Part shown: positions 38,832-51,620 of the stretch, piece by piece | Layout of the letters: each line of letters starts with the position of its first letter | How positions within the stretch are numbered: position 1 is the first letter of the stretch | Assembly (NCBI GenBank): GCA_035221665.1 | Contig: CM069155.1 | Span: 27,466,001-27,530,000 of the forward strand | Origin: Okamejei kenojei | Taxonomy: Eukaryota | Direction: 5' to 3' | Length of the DNA stretch: 64,000 bases | Position numbers and translations under genes: made by a program | Notes under the pieces: model-generated | The model's database searches: none | What the model was told of the DNA's origin: nothing | What the model saw: the letters and a program-made list of their open reading frames with translations, nothing else

Positions 38832-40387
38832 GTCCGTGGATAAGCTCATCTCTCCCCCCCACCCCATGATGTTGCCTACTTCACACGCTGTATTGTTCAC
38901 GTCACGAGCTGGACACAGAGGCAAGCTCTTCCCATTATAAACCCTGTTAGATCCTGCACTCCATTAATAATAATACTCCTTATTCCAAAAAATAATGCCT
39001 TGTTTCTTGACCTTACACTGCCTTAAATCACGAGACCTGCCTCCTCCCTCCTCACCTTGAAACAAGTGCAGAGCGCTCGGGGTTTTTTTTGCCACAAACC
39101 TCAGACCTGTTCGTCCAACTGCCTCTGTGCTCTCTCCCTTTGCCTCACCCCAGATCTGCCCTCAAAGCACCCTGAGTTGGATGATCAGCCATGATCATAT
39201 TGAATGGCAGTGCAGGCTCGAAGGGCCGAATGGCCTACTCCTGCACCTATTTGCTATGAACTCCTCTCTTCTTTCCCTGTGTTCTCTTTGACCCCATGAG
39301 GCACCTCCAGCTCTCTACACCCTTCTGCGTCAAACTTAATGCCAAGAAACCTCTGCCCCTGTCCAATCAGTTCCATTACTCGTACCAAATCCCTCGGCCC
39401 CAGCTAAGCATTTTTGGTTTAATTTATCTCTCCTAATATGAGAGTCCCCACTGTTAATTAATGTTCTGAGTTGTGGTTGAATTGGTCGCACTGCTGCTCC
39501 CGGAATCAGGAAACTGTTTGTTCACATTCCGCTCCAAAGACTTGAGAACAGATGGTTCACCCACTCTGGTCAGCACTGAGGGCCTGTCGAAGTAGGTGTC
39601 TTTTACATCAGAACATAAACCAAAGCCCCCTCTGCTCTCAGGAGACTGAAGGGTTACCTGGGAAAGACACAAAATGCTGGAGTAACTCAGCGGGACAGGC
39701 AGCACCTCTGGAGAGAAGAAATGGGTGACATTTCCGGAAGGAATGGGTGACCTTTGAGACCCGAAGAAGGATCTCGACTCAAAACATCACCCATTCCTTC
39801 TTTCCAGAGATGCTGCCTGTCCTGCTGAGTTATGCCAGCATTTTGTGTCTTATCTTCGGTTTAAACCAGCATCTGCAGTTCCTTCCCACTCCAGGGTTAC
39901 CTGGAAGTGCTTGGAAGAGTGGTGGAGTTTGTTTGTTGTCCCAGCCAATATTTCCAAGTCGACCAGACCACTGAAGCAGACTTACCGAGCGGTGTTTGCT
40001 CGTTCTCCCTTTGAGCCTGTGGGATTTCCCCACACACGCCCGTTTCCTCCAATATCCCAAAGACATGTGCGTTCACAGGTCATTTGGCCACTGTGTGTAG
40101 TTGAATGCTACAATCTGGGGAGAGCTGATTGGAATGAGGGCAGAATGATATGGGATGAATGAAGCAGGCTTCAGCAGGGAATCAATAAATGCAAGCTTAA
40201 TGGTTGGCACAAACGCAATGGGCTGAAGGGCCTGTTTCCGTGTGTACGACTCTATGACATTGAGGGTGGGCTGGTTTGTGATCCCTGCCGATACCCGCTG
40301 TCGCTCTGCATAGCTGGAATGGACCCACGCAGGGACTGGTGTGGGTCAGTGACATGCAGAATGATGTTCCTGTTCTGTGTCTTCCAG

Positions 40388-40516
40388 GTTCAGCAGGACA
40401 CTAAACTGGACATAGCAGCACAGGCCCTGATCCAGCTCTCCCAGATACCCACCGGCAGCCTTTCGACACCAGACGGCACTGCTTCCACAGACTGCCAGAG
40501 AACATGGGAGTCGTAG
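40388..40516 (+). CDS. ANHX: ANHX-like terminal coding exon
   Basis: cttccag|; VQQDTKLDIAAQALIQLSQIPTGSLSTPDGTASTDCQRTWES-TAG; the AAQALIQLS helix resembles the remembered ANHX C-terminal GARMLLEFS. Confidence 0.65.
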   Translation, partial: VQQDTKLDIAAQALIQLSQIPTGSLSTPDGTASTDCQRTWES

Positions 40517-42646
40517 GAACACTGCAAGCAATGCCCTTTATCTCAGCTCCCTTGGTAGTCAGGAGAGCTTTATCTGTGTGAGGCAACGGTCCATTGAGAA
40601 CACAGTCAGCAAGCGAGTGGGGGAGGAGGGCATCAGTCTGGGTTCACTCTAACTGGTTGGCCGTAGAGCAGACGATCTTCGATTTACATGGCAAGCAGAG
40701 CCCATTTAGCGAACGGAGGAGCCAGAACTTATGACGGTAAATGCAGAAGGTTTCCCATTTAAACGCAGCAGGATTTGATTTGATTGATTGTGAGAATAAT
40801 TACCCACAGTAGCCGTTCAGAAAAACAATCGCAACGCCTCAGCAAACTGGTCACTGGGCTTGAGCACCAGTGGAGTTACCCAACACACCAGCTCCAGTTG
40901 GGACAGTATTGTCTAGAGGGAGGTCATATGGCACATTGTCCCCCATGTGGATTCCTTTAAAGGCACTGTCATGTTCTTCTCCCTTTATCTCCATGATCTT
41001 GCAATTTTTTTTTTTACCATTCCTTTTTAGGCAGGGCCATTTCAAACATAACACCTAAATCCTTGGGGAAAAAACACTCTTACCGTTTCATTTGGTTTAC
41101 CCATAAACACCTGGGGCTCGCGTACAGATCTTCCTTTTCAGTGCACCCTGCGCACTATTGAAGCTGACGCAGCCCCTCCACAGTGAGCCCATCTACGAGG
41201 CAAGCCGATGCTCAGATATCTATTCACACCCTGTAGCATTCTTGTGCCGATCCCCACATTCACCTACATTATGGGGCCTTCGTGCAGAGCCCGCTGTGGG
41301 TCTCAACTCTGGCCAGGGATTGCTTGTTTTGTTTTCTTGTTTCGCATTTCATTTGTTCGGTACAGACACATATTCAAAGATGACAACTTATCCTCATATC
41401 AATTTCTGCACTAGATAGGTTGCTCTGGTTTCAAATTCCATGCCCCAGTCTACCTCAGCAATTGAAATCTCTTCAACTAGCCCACCAAAATGTTAAAATC
41501 TCTGCCAAATACCATTTGCCTTCTGTATTAGTGAGAATAGAGGCACAGTCCAAGCAATCTCCCCTTGTATTTATGTCCGAGGATGGCTGGTGATAATTTG
41601 GTGGGTTTGTACAGTTGTGCTCCCAGCCCAGTAAACCTTGCTTCAGGTATGGTGCCCAGAACCTTGCATGATAATCCAGTGGTGACTTCAGGGTTTAGTG
41701 TGATTGCAACAAAACATCTTTGTTATTCTGGTCCTGTTTGATTTTTATCCTTTATTTGTATGTGGCTACTCAATTTAATATTCTGTAGAAACAAGCAACT
41801 GCAGATGCCGGTTTACAAAAAAAAAAGACACAAAGTGCTGGAGTAACTCATCGGCCAGGCAGCATCCCTGGAGAACATGGATTGCTGATGTTTGGGATTG
41901 GGATGCTTCTCCAACACGTTGTGTCTTTTCTACACTAATGTATTGTCTACTTAGACTCCCCATATCTCTTTGGACTTCCAAGAATCTTAGCTTTTCAACC
42001 TTTGGAATAATTTCCTGAATTTCCAAAATGAATGAACCAATGCGAATCTGTGTGGAAACACAGCTGCCACAGATCTTCCCATTCACTTCATCCATCCGTC
42101 GTTTTACGATCTGGGTGCTTTGTGTATCATACAATACTACTCATGTACAGCAACAGGCAACTTGGACTTATAATGGCACATTAATTCTGAGGCTAGTTTC
42201 CGAGGACAGAACTTAGTGGGTTTCGATTGTTAGTTTTACACGTTGTCACACAAGTTAACTTATGTTTTAAGTATGTTTGCTTAACGTTGCTTAACTTTTA
42301 AGATACATCAACTCTCAACTTTTAAGATCCATTTTCATTGACCAGTATTTGGCGTGTCTCTTTGGCACAGAATGAGTGTAGACAAGAGTGAATCTATTTG
42401 TGTGTTTGGAGTTTAATTCTCTCGTTGCAGAATGAGTGGGTGGTGGGAGGGAGCTGAGGCTGAACATGGCTGTTTCCCATTCACCGTGGATGGACACGCT
42501 CCAGAACTGTAGGTACTAGTCCCAGGGGTCCACCCACCTACCTCATGACGGCTTGTTATTCATGGCAGAAAATATATATTTTAAATGTTCTGAATTAACA
42601 TTTTGTATTTATAAGTGTTTTCCAAACCTTATTCTGAGCCTATGTT

Positions 42647-42652
42647 AATAAA
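42647..42652 (+). terminator. Candidate polyadenylation signal of the ANHX-like gene
   Basis: AATAAA in an AT-rich 3'UTR-like stretch ~2.1 kb after the stop, followed by GT-rich sequence. Confidence 0.55.
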
Positions 42653-44326
42653 GTTATTGAAGGCCTCAGTGTGGTTTTGAAATGTCCTCAAACTTCACCT
42701 GGAAAACTTTGATTGATTTGCCCCGTTCCTTCCACATGTCGCGTGCTGTCCCATGTGGAACCTACCCAGTCCTTTGCAATTGGTGAGAGGTTTTGAGTTT
42801 ATCCTGCTCCCAGTCATGTTTCCATCCGGAGCACCCAGCTCTGTTCAGAAATTGTGCACTGGGCCTTCTAGATGCATTTCCTTAGTCAGAAGGTTTCATT
42901 GTCTAGGAGCTTAGAGTTCTACAGCAGGGTCCAACTCATCCATGCTGACCAAGGGCTGATGCGTCCATTCCTGCACTCTGACCTATGTTCTATGTCTACA
43001 TGCCAACATAGTGCACATTGTCATATTTACTTCTTATGGCTGTTGAATGGGAAGGGTCTTACACCATTTGTAGGGGGTTGTGTGGGATGCTGACTGCTAT
43101 TCACTCTACAGTGGCAGAGAGTGGAAGAGCAGAGGTTGACCATGGATTGCTGGGGTGAGGAAAGAGTATCAAGCAAGGCTCGGGGTAATCTGGGGCACTC
43201 GGGGGATGGGATCATGCTTGGGCAGGGTTGGGAGATGAAGGTGGGCGAGTTGGTGAGACCTGCTCAGGTGGTGGTGCCGGTGCTGGCAAACACTGGGCAG
43301 GGTCCACTGAGCTTCGGCTGGGGCCTAGTGTTGGGTTGGTACCTCAGGACATTTGCAGTGTGAGGAGAGGTGGAGTGGGATGGAGTGAACAGCTTTCAGC
43401 AGGTCCTACTTGAAAGATGATGGGTGCCTTAAACCCCCTGCCAGCGTCTGGGTAGAGGTTGCATCCTCTTTAGCTGATGCAAGATTTGTGCGGTTCTTGG
43501 GCTTAGATTATGCAAGTGAGTGCAAAATGTACACGGTCTCATTGTGTAGGTATAGCCGACACATGGTCTCATTGTGTAGGTTTACTTCCACACACAAAGA
43601 GGACCCAAGTCAAACCATGGGGACACATCCTACTTATCTACAAAGGAAAGGAGGTCAGATTGCAGTATTCAGGTAGTACACAAAATGGTTGTCCCACAGG
43701 AGGGATGTCCTGTCCCTCCGCCCTGTTGCTGCTGAAGCTAACACGTTGAACTTCCCACTCTGCAATGGTGCTTTCATTTGAACCAATCCTGACAAAATGG
43801 CACAAGGGGCACATGTTGCCCAGGAAGGTCCACGTTAGATTATTGACCAGTGCCGTTAGTTACGCTGCAACTGGCTTTTTTTCTCCTGAACTACAAAAAG
43901 GAGGAATTATCCTGATCAGCATTCAGTTTGCTTGTCGAACAGCATGGGGTACGTTGTGTCAGGATCAGCATCTTAGCATGATCAGTATGTTAGCCTCACC
44001 ACACCAGCGATCCAGGTTCAATCCTGACCTCTGGCGCTATCCACATGGATGTCCTCCGGGTGCTCCAGTTTCCATCCTCATCCGAAAGAGGTGTGGTTCA
44101 ATCGTTTAATCAGCCAGTGCAAAATGATGCCGGTGTGTGGGTGAGGAGTAGGCTGTGGGGGGGGTGGGGGTGGGGGTGGGGGGGGTGGGTGGGTGGTTGA
44201 TGGAAATATGTGGAGAATAAAATAGAATGGGAGTTTGGTGGTCAAGACCGAACGGCCTGTTTCTGTGCTGCACGTATGAAGTCTTCTGCAGGAAAAGTGA
44301 CTGCTGAGTTGTGGCTACCAGTGCAG

Positions 44327-47300
44327 TCACAGCTCTTGGACATCAATTCCAGGCATTGACTGCATCGCACCAATGGACAAATTGATTGCCCAGGATCCAG
44401 ATAAGGACCAACTGATCAATCGGCATTTTAAATAATTCATCAAAGTGCAGCAAAGGCTGGCAGGAACCGCTGCCTGAGGATGAGACAACGTGAGGCTCAG
44501 CAAAGAGTGAAGAAAAATAAATAAAAGGGAATGATTTCACTCATTTTAATAATGTGAGGATTCTAAATTCAGGGCCCCACAGTGAAATGACACCGCAGAG
44601 AAAATTATAATAATTGTAAATGGGAAATTCTATTAACTGCGTCAATCTCCAGCCAGAGAACAGTGGGGTAAATAATAAATTGTGGTGGAAGAGAGGGATC
44701 GGGGAGGACAGGACGCAATCCGCAAAGGCTGTAGGGCTGGGAGATAATGTGAGCAAGACATTGCAGAAGAAATCGGCCTTCTGCAGTCAAGCATAGAATA
44801 TAAAAGCAAGAAGGCCACGGTGGATCAGTTGGGTAGCAGTTTGTACAGAACTTGGGCACCAGATCACAGGCTGGTTGTGGAACAAGGGCAGCAGGGACAG
44901 AGATTTATGAAGCTATTGCCAGGGCTGGAGGATTACCTGTGAGAACAGGCTCCCCTGGCTGGGGTTTCTACGGAAAACATCTCCACATGGCCACATGGGG
45001 CATGTATTGATCAAAAACAGAGAAATGTGATTATTCCTAAATAGCTTATTTTAGCCAGTATGGACACAGTGGGCGAATGACCTCATTCCGTGTCATTGAT
45101 TCAGGAACATCAAATTATGAGAGGCCCATGATGGGTATCAGAAAGGAATGACATCTCTGGGCAACGATGTCAATAACTAGAGGACACTGCCAAACTGTAT
45201 GTAACTGATAAAAGGATCAGAACAAGAGCATTGGCTAACAGGTGGTAGCAGAAACATCCCCACATTGGAAGTGTGTGCAGGTGGCACAGCAGTAGAGTTG
45301 CTGCCTTAAAGCGCTTTGCAGCGCCAGAGACCCGAGTTTGATCCCGACTATGGGTGGTCTGTACGGAGTTTGTACGTTCTCCTCGTGGGTTTTCCCCGAG
45401 ATCTTCGGCTTCCTCCCACACTCCAAAGACGTCCTGGTTTACAGGTTAATTGGCTTGGTACAAGTATAAATTGTCCCTAGTGCGTGTAGGATAGTGTTAG
45501 TGTGCGGGGATCACTGGTCGGTGCGGACTCGATGGGCTAAAGGGCCTGTTTCTGCTCCGTATCTCTAAACTAAACTAAACGTGACGTTATTCCTGAATAG
45601 CTTCTTTGGCTCAGTATGGGGACAGAGGGTGAAAGGCCTCGTTCCTTGTCATTGATATCTATGCTTCAAACAGGAAGTTCAGCTGAATAATGCTTAATTA
45701 CAGTTCTCTTGCTTACGTTTTCCCACCGATGGCTCAATCATCATGCCTCACCTTTGGCTCCTGGTGCAGGCAGTCTGCAGATTGTCCATAATCCAGTGGG
45801 TGCAAGGGCCATGACTCTCCCTGGCAGCTGCCAAAATGTTCCATGTATATCCAAGTGATTCTTCTCCCTTCAGCAAATAACTAAAACAAAGGAAGATTCG
45901 GACCAGCTTGGCAGCAATGGCAGGTCGGTGATGTTCAGAGTCAATCTCAAAAACAAGGCTAGGCCTTGACAATGGCTCCATACTTCCCATGTGTCGTGCA
46001 CTGACAGATGCTTTGTGTGTGGTCCAGAGTCAATAGAGTCGTACCGTACAGAAAAATGCCCTTCGGCCCAGCTTGCCCATGCCAACCACAATGCCCCATC
46101 TACACTCGTCCCACCTACCCGCATTTGGCCCATATCCCCCTAAACCTTTCATATTCATTTACCTGTCAAATGTGTTTTAAATGATGTTAGAGTACCAGCC
46201 TCACTGACCCCTTTTGGCAGCTTGATCCATATACCTAACACCCTCTGTGAAAAAATGCCCCTCAAGTTCCTATTAAATCTTTCACCTCTTACCTTAAACC
46301 TATACCCTCTGGTTCTGAATTCCCCAATGGGTAAATTCACCCTAATCTATTCCCTTCATGGCTTTGTAAACAAGAGTGATATCATTCCTCGTGTAACATT
46401 TAAAAAAAATGAAAACATCTCCATACACTAGAGATCTGAAATAAACAGAAAATGTTGGAAAAGCTTAGCAGGTCAGGTGCGCATCTTTGGAGAGAGAAGC
46501 AAAGTTAACATTTCAGGTCAAAGACTTCAACAAATCTAGGCAATAGAAAAGGTCGTTTTGACTTTCAGAGAAGTTGCGGTGGAAGTGATGAATGGAACAA
46601 GGGATATCTATGATAGGATGCAGCAGATATTGTTCTGAGATGAGTTGTAGACTTCATCTAGTCAAATACATAGATAATAGGTGCAGAGGTAGGCCATTCG
46701 GCCCTTCGAGCCAGCACCGCCATTCAATGTGATCATGGCTGATCATCCACAATCAGTACCCCGTTCCTGCCTTCTCCCCATATCCCTTGATTCTGCTAGC
46801 CCTAAGAGCTCCATCTAACTCTCTTTTGAATGCATCCAGTGAATCGGCCTCCACTGCCTTCTGAGGCAGAGAATTCCACAAATTCACAACCCTCTGGGTG
46901 TATAAGTACTCAGACTTGCCTATTTTAATGGTTTCTGCTGCAGGCTGTAAACTAACATCGGTCCAATCAACCTGAAGTCCAATAAAATCCCACCATGGCC
47001 AACATTTAGTTAGTCAAATTTGCCTTCCCAAAGAGTTTATACACAATACTAATCATATCCTCTACCCAGAGCCTCTTGGTGCTGGTCATGCCTCAGTCAG
47101 AAGAAATCTCAAGTCAGAGTGTGTGGGTTTTGGGCCGAGTAGACAAACATTACAGAGACTCCGTCTTCTGACTACAGGAGTAATAAACTCAACCCTTTCC
47201 TACTTTCACTGATGGACGTGAAAGATCCATTGGCATTGTTTGGAAGAAGAGCAGTGCGATTATCTCCAGCAGATCACAGTTAAAGTCCCTGAAGCAGACT

Positions 47301-47565
47301 CAATGGGACTGAGCTCCTCTTCTGTCAATGGTTCCGTGGGGAACCATGAGCTGACTGCATGTGTGCAGCACGATCTAATGTCCACATATACACACATTGC
47401 AAACTGGGGGTCAGGCGTGCAAAAATACAGCTTCTCGCTCCACCATCGAGGTCAGGGGCATTCTGCGGTGCACTGGGCTGAGGGTGGATGCACTTCATAC
47501 CTGGCCCCACAACTTTACACCAGCAACTGACACACACTCATTCATTTCAACTGCATCACACTCTT
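44327..47565 (-). other. Tentative minus-strand spliced gene (exons 47565-47501, 45880-45752, 44473-44327)
   Basis: Three non-repetitive segments with pyrimidine tract+AG acceptors, GT donors (gtatga, gtgagg) and compatible phases (1->0, 0->0, 0->stop). No start exon identified. Confidence 0.3.
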
Positions 47566-47729
47566 CTGGAAATAGGTAAGTGAAATAAAAGTTTGATTAT
47601 TAGCAGATTATGTAAATTAATGCATCTTAAATAAATAAATTTTAATTTGTTATTAATGTTCTTCAAATTTAAAATAAATATTTTCTTATTTCGCAGTTCT
47701 AAGTGAATCTGTCTGCAGCCCATCCCATC

Positions 47730-48600
47730 CTTGGACGTGAATGTAGACGGGTTGGTGAGTAAGTTTGCTGACGACACCAAAATTGGAGAAGTTGCAGACG
47801 GTGTGGAAGGCTGTCTGGAGATACAGTGAATTATTGATCAGCTGCAGAATTGGACAGAGAAATGGCAGATGGAGTTTAACCTGAGCAAATCTGAGGTGTT
47901 GCACTTTGGGAGGTTGAATGTAAGGGGGAGAGTATCCGGTTAATGGCAAGACCCGTAACACCATCCAAGTTCATAGCTCACTGAAGGTGGCAGCGCGAGT
48001 AGATAGAGTGGTAAAGAAGGTGTATGGTTTGCTAGCCTTAATTGCTAGAGGCGTTGAGGCGTTCAGAAAGGCAGCTCTATAGGACTTGGGTTAGATCGCA
48101 TTTGGAGTGTTGCATGCAATTCTGGATGCACCATTACAGGATGTCAAGTCCTTGGAGAGGGTGCAGAGCAGGTTTAGCAGAATGCTGGCTAGATTAGAGG
48201 GTTGGATAAATTGGATAAACTTGAATTATTTTTTCTGGAATGTCGGAGCTTGATAGAAGTATATACATTTATGAGAGGAATAGGTTGGGTAGAACGTTTT
48301 ATCCCAGGATGTAAATGTCCAACACATAGCTGGACATATGGGCATAGCTATAAGAGGAGGGGAAAAGTTGAATGAAGATGTGCGGGACATGTGTTTTTAC
48401 TCAGAGAATGGTGGGGCCTTGACGTGTTGCCAGGGATATGATATTGACATTTAAGAGGCTATTAGGCATGTGGCAGTGCAAAGGATAGAGGGGTATGTAT
48501 CATGTCAGGCAGATGAGATCAGTTTAACTTGGCATCATGTTCAGTGCAAACATTGTGGGCCAAAGTGCCCATTCCTGTGCTGTACTGCTCTATGTTCTAG
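47730..48600 (+). mobile_element. CR1 LINE fragment
   Basis: [19 protein letters not shown]...WQMEFNLSKSEVLHFG followed by a decayed C-terminus and tail. Confidence 0.8.
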
Positions 48601-49719
48601 TCTGTGGGTGGGATCTACATGTCTACCATCTGCAGGCTAGATGTAGCCCATTGACCACTGGGTGGATATTGGGCGCTTTCGTGGCTGTGGGCATCTCATG
48701 TTTGGTGATCAGATTGAGCACTCGCTGGTTGCTGTTATATGGATCCTGTTTGTTGGACCTGGTGGTACGGATATTGGCCGCTGCATTTCCCACTGCATCA
48801 GTGTCTGCAGCTCAAATCGGTGGTCTGCTGATATCCTGGAATCACAAATTGTTCCGCACTATTCTAAGATTCTTTCTTTAGTGGCGGGTTCAGCTCACGG
48901 AGAGCGTGGAGCCTGAGAAACCAAGACTTGCATTGGCTGGGTTGTAACCATGACACCCAATAATGTAGACTGCACCATGTTATAAAACCTGTGTAGAATC
49001 ACTCTGTACATTATGTAGTTATCTGGTCCATTGTGGCTTTGCTTCCAATCTGTGTTATGTTCCTGCTCTTTGTGCATAGTAATACAAATCTTTGTTTTTT
49101 TTTAAATGTCTGGCTCCACTATCTTCTCCATTTAGGTAGATCCTCAGGATTGAGGATGATTTGCTTCCACTCTGCTTCTGTGTTGGGCCTGAGGTGGAGG
49201 ATGATGCCAATGAGACTGATGAGACTTTTTAATTCATTCAAGGGATGTAAGCTTTGCAGACCGAGTCAGCATTCAATTGCCCTTGAGAAGGTGGTGGTGA
49301 GCTGTCTTTGTGAACCACTGCAATCCTTGAGATATGGGTTCACTCACAGGGCCTTTGTAGTGGGAATTCCAGGACCTTGATCCAGCAACAGTGAAAGAAC
49401 AGCAATATATTTCAGTCAGGATGGTGTGTAGCTTCGAGGGCAATATGGTGCTAACCCCCTCCTTTTCCCGCCTTGTCCTTCTTGCTGGTCGAGGTCATGC
49501 ATTTGGAAGGTACTTTTAGTTTAATTTAGTTTTGCTATAGTGTGGAAATAGGTCCTTTGGCCCACTGCGTTTGCACTGACCATACACTAGCACTATCCTA
49601 TACACTAAGGTCAATTTACAATCTTTACCGAAGCCAATTAATTGACAAACATGGACGTCTTTGGCGTGTGGGAGGAAGCCGGAGCACCCGGTCAAAACCC
49701 ACGCGGTCACGGGGAGAAC

Positions 49720-51620
49720 ATAGATAGACATAGAAAACATAGAAATTAGGTGCAGGAGTAGGCCATTCAGCCCTTCGAGCCTGCACCGCCATTCAATATG
49801 ATCATGGCTGATCATCCAACTCAGTATCCCGTACCTGCCTTCTCTCCATACCCCCTGTTCCCCTATTAGCCACAAGGGCCACATCCAACTCACTCTTAAA
49901 TATAGCCAATGAACTGGCCTCAACTACCCTCTGTGGCAGAGAGTTCCAGAGACTCACCACTCTCTGTGTGAAAAAAGTCTTTCTCATCTCGGTCCTAAAG
50001 GATTTCCCCCTTATCCTTAAACTGTGACCCCTTGTCCTGGACTTCCCCAACATCGGAACAATCTTCCTGCATCTAGCCTGTCCAACCCCTTAAGAATTTT
50101 GTAAGTTTCTATAAGATCCCTCTCAATCTCCTAAATTCCAGAGAGTATAAACCAAGTCTATCCAGTCTTTCTTCATAAGACAGTCCTGACATCCCAGGAA
50201 TCAGTCTGGTGAACCTTCTCTGCACTCCCTCTATGGCAATAATGTCCTTCCTCAGATTTAAACTTAACATTTGCCCACTCACCCAGCCTATCCAAGTCAC
50301 CTTGCAGTCTCCTAGCATCCTCCTCACAGCGAACACTGCCCCCCAGCTTAGTGTCATCCGCAAACTTGGAGATATTGCCTTCAATTCCCTCATCCAGATC
50401 ATTAATATATATTGTAAATAGCTGGGGTCCCAGCACTGAGCCTGCGGTACCCCACTAGTTACTGCCTGCCATTGTGAAAAGGACCCGTTTACTCCTACTC
50501 TTTGCTTCCTGTTTGCCAGCCAGTTCTCTATCCACATCAATACTGAACCCAATACCGTATGCTTTAAGTTTGTATACTAATCTCTTATGTGGGACCTTGT
50601 CGAAAGCCTTCTGGAAGTCCAGATATACCACATCCACTGGTTCTCCCTTATCCACGCTACTAGTTACATCCTCGAAAAATTCCACAAGATTCGTCAGACA
50701 TGATTTACCTTTTGTAAATCCATGCTGACTTTGTCCAATGATTTCACCACTTTCCAAATGTGCTGCTATCCCATCTTTAATAACTGACTCTAGCAGTTTC
50801 CCCACTACCGATGTTAGACTAACTGGTCTGTAATTCCCCGTTTTCTCTCTCCCTCCCTTCTTAAAAAGAGGGGTTACATTTGCTACCCGCCAATCCTCAG
50901 GAACTACTCCAGAATCTAAAGAGTTTTGAAAGATTATCACTAATGCATCACTATTCCTGAGCTACTTCCTTAAGTACTCTGGGATGCAGCCTATCTGGCC
51001 CTGGGGATTTATCGGCCTTTAATCTATTCAATTTACCCAACACCACTTCCCGACTGACTTGGATTTCACTCAATTCCTCCTTTGACCCACAGTCCCCTGC
51101 TATTTCAGGCAGATTATTTATGTCTTCCTTAGTGAAGACGGAACCAAAGTAGTTATTCAATTGGTCCGCCATATCCTTGTTCCCCATGATCAACTCACCT
51201 GTTTCTGACTGCAAGGGAACCTACATTTGTTTTAACTAACCTCTTTCTCTTCTCATATCTATAAAAAACTTTTGCAGTCAGTTTTTATGTTTCCCTGCCA
51301 GTTTTCTTTCATAATCTATTTTTCTTTCCTAATTAAGCCCTTTGTCCTCCTCTGCAGGTCTCTGAATTTCTCCCAGTCCTCTGGTATGCTGCTTTTTCTG
51401 GCTACTTTTTGTACGCATCATACTATCCCTGATTTCCTTGTTATCCCTGATGCACTACCTTCCCCGATTTTATTCTTTTGCCAAACTGGGATGAACAATT
51501 TTTGTAGTTCATCCATGCAGTCTTGTCTTCCATTGTATATCCACCGTCAACCCTTTTAGAATAATTGCCAGTCAATCTTGGCCAATTCACGTCTCATACC
51601 TCAAAGTTACCTTTCTTTAT
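49720..51620 (-). mobile_element. Relatively young CR1 LINE with frameshifts and an internal deletion
   Basis: ORFs 50951-51214, 50455-50940 (PEDWRVANVTPLFKKG...NYRPVSLTSVVGK...YLDFQKAFDKVPH), 50173-50436 (YINDLD...FADDTKL) and 49802-50053; (CATAGAAA)n tail at ~49720-49745. Confidence 0.95.

Noticed and set aside
48625-48912. Minus-strand exon candidates for the antisense gene
   Set aside because: All three frames after the best acceptor stop quickly, and the alternative needs a weak gtccaa donor; they could only be non-coding.
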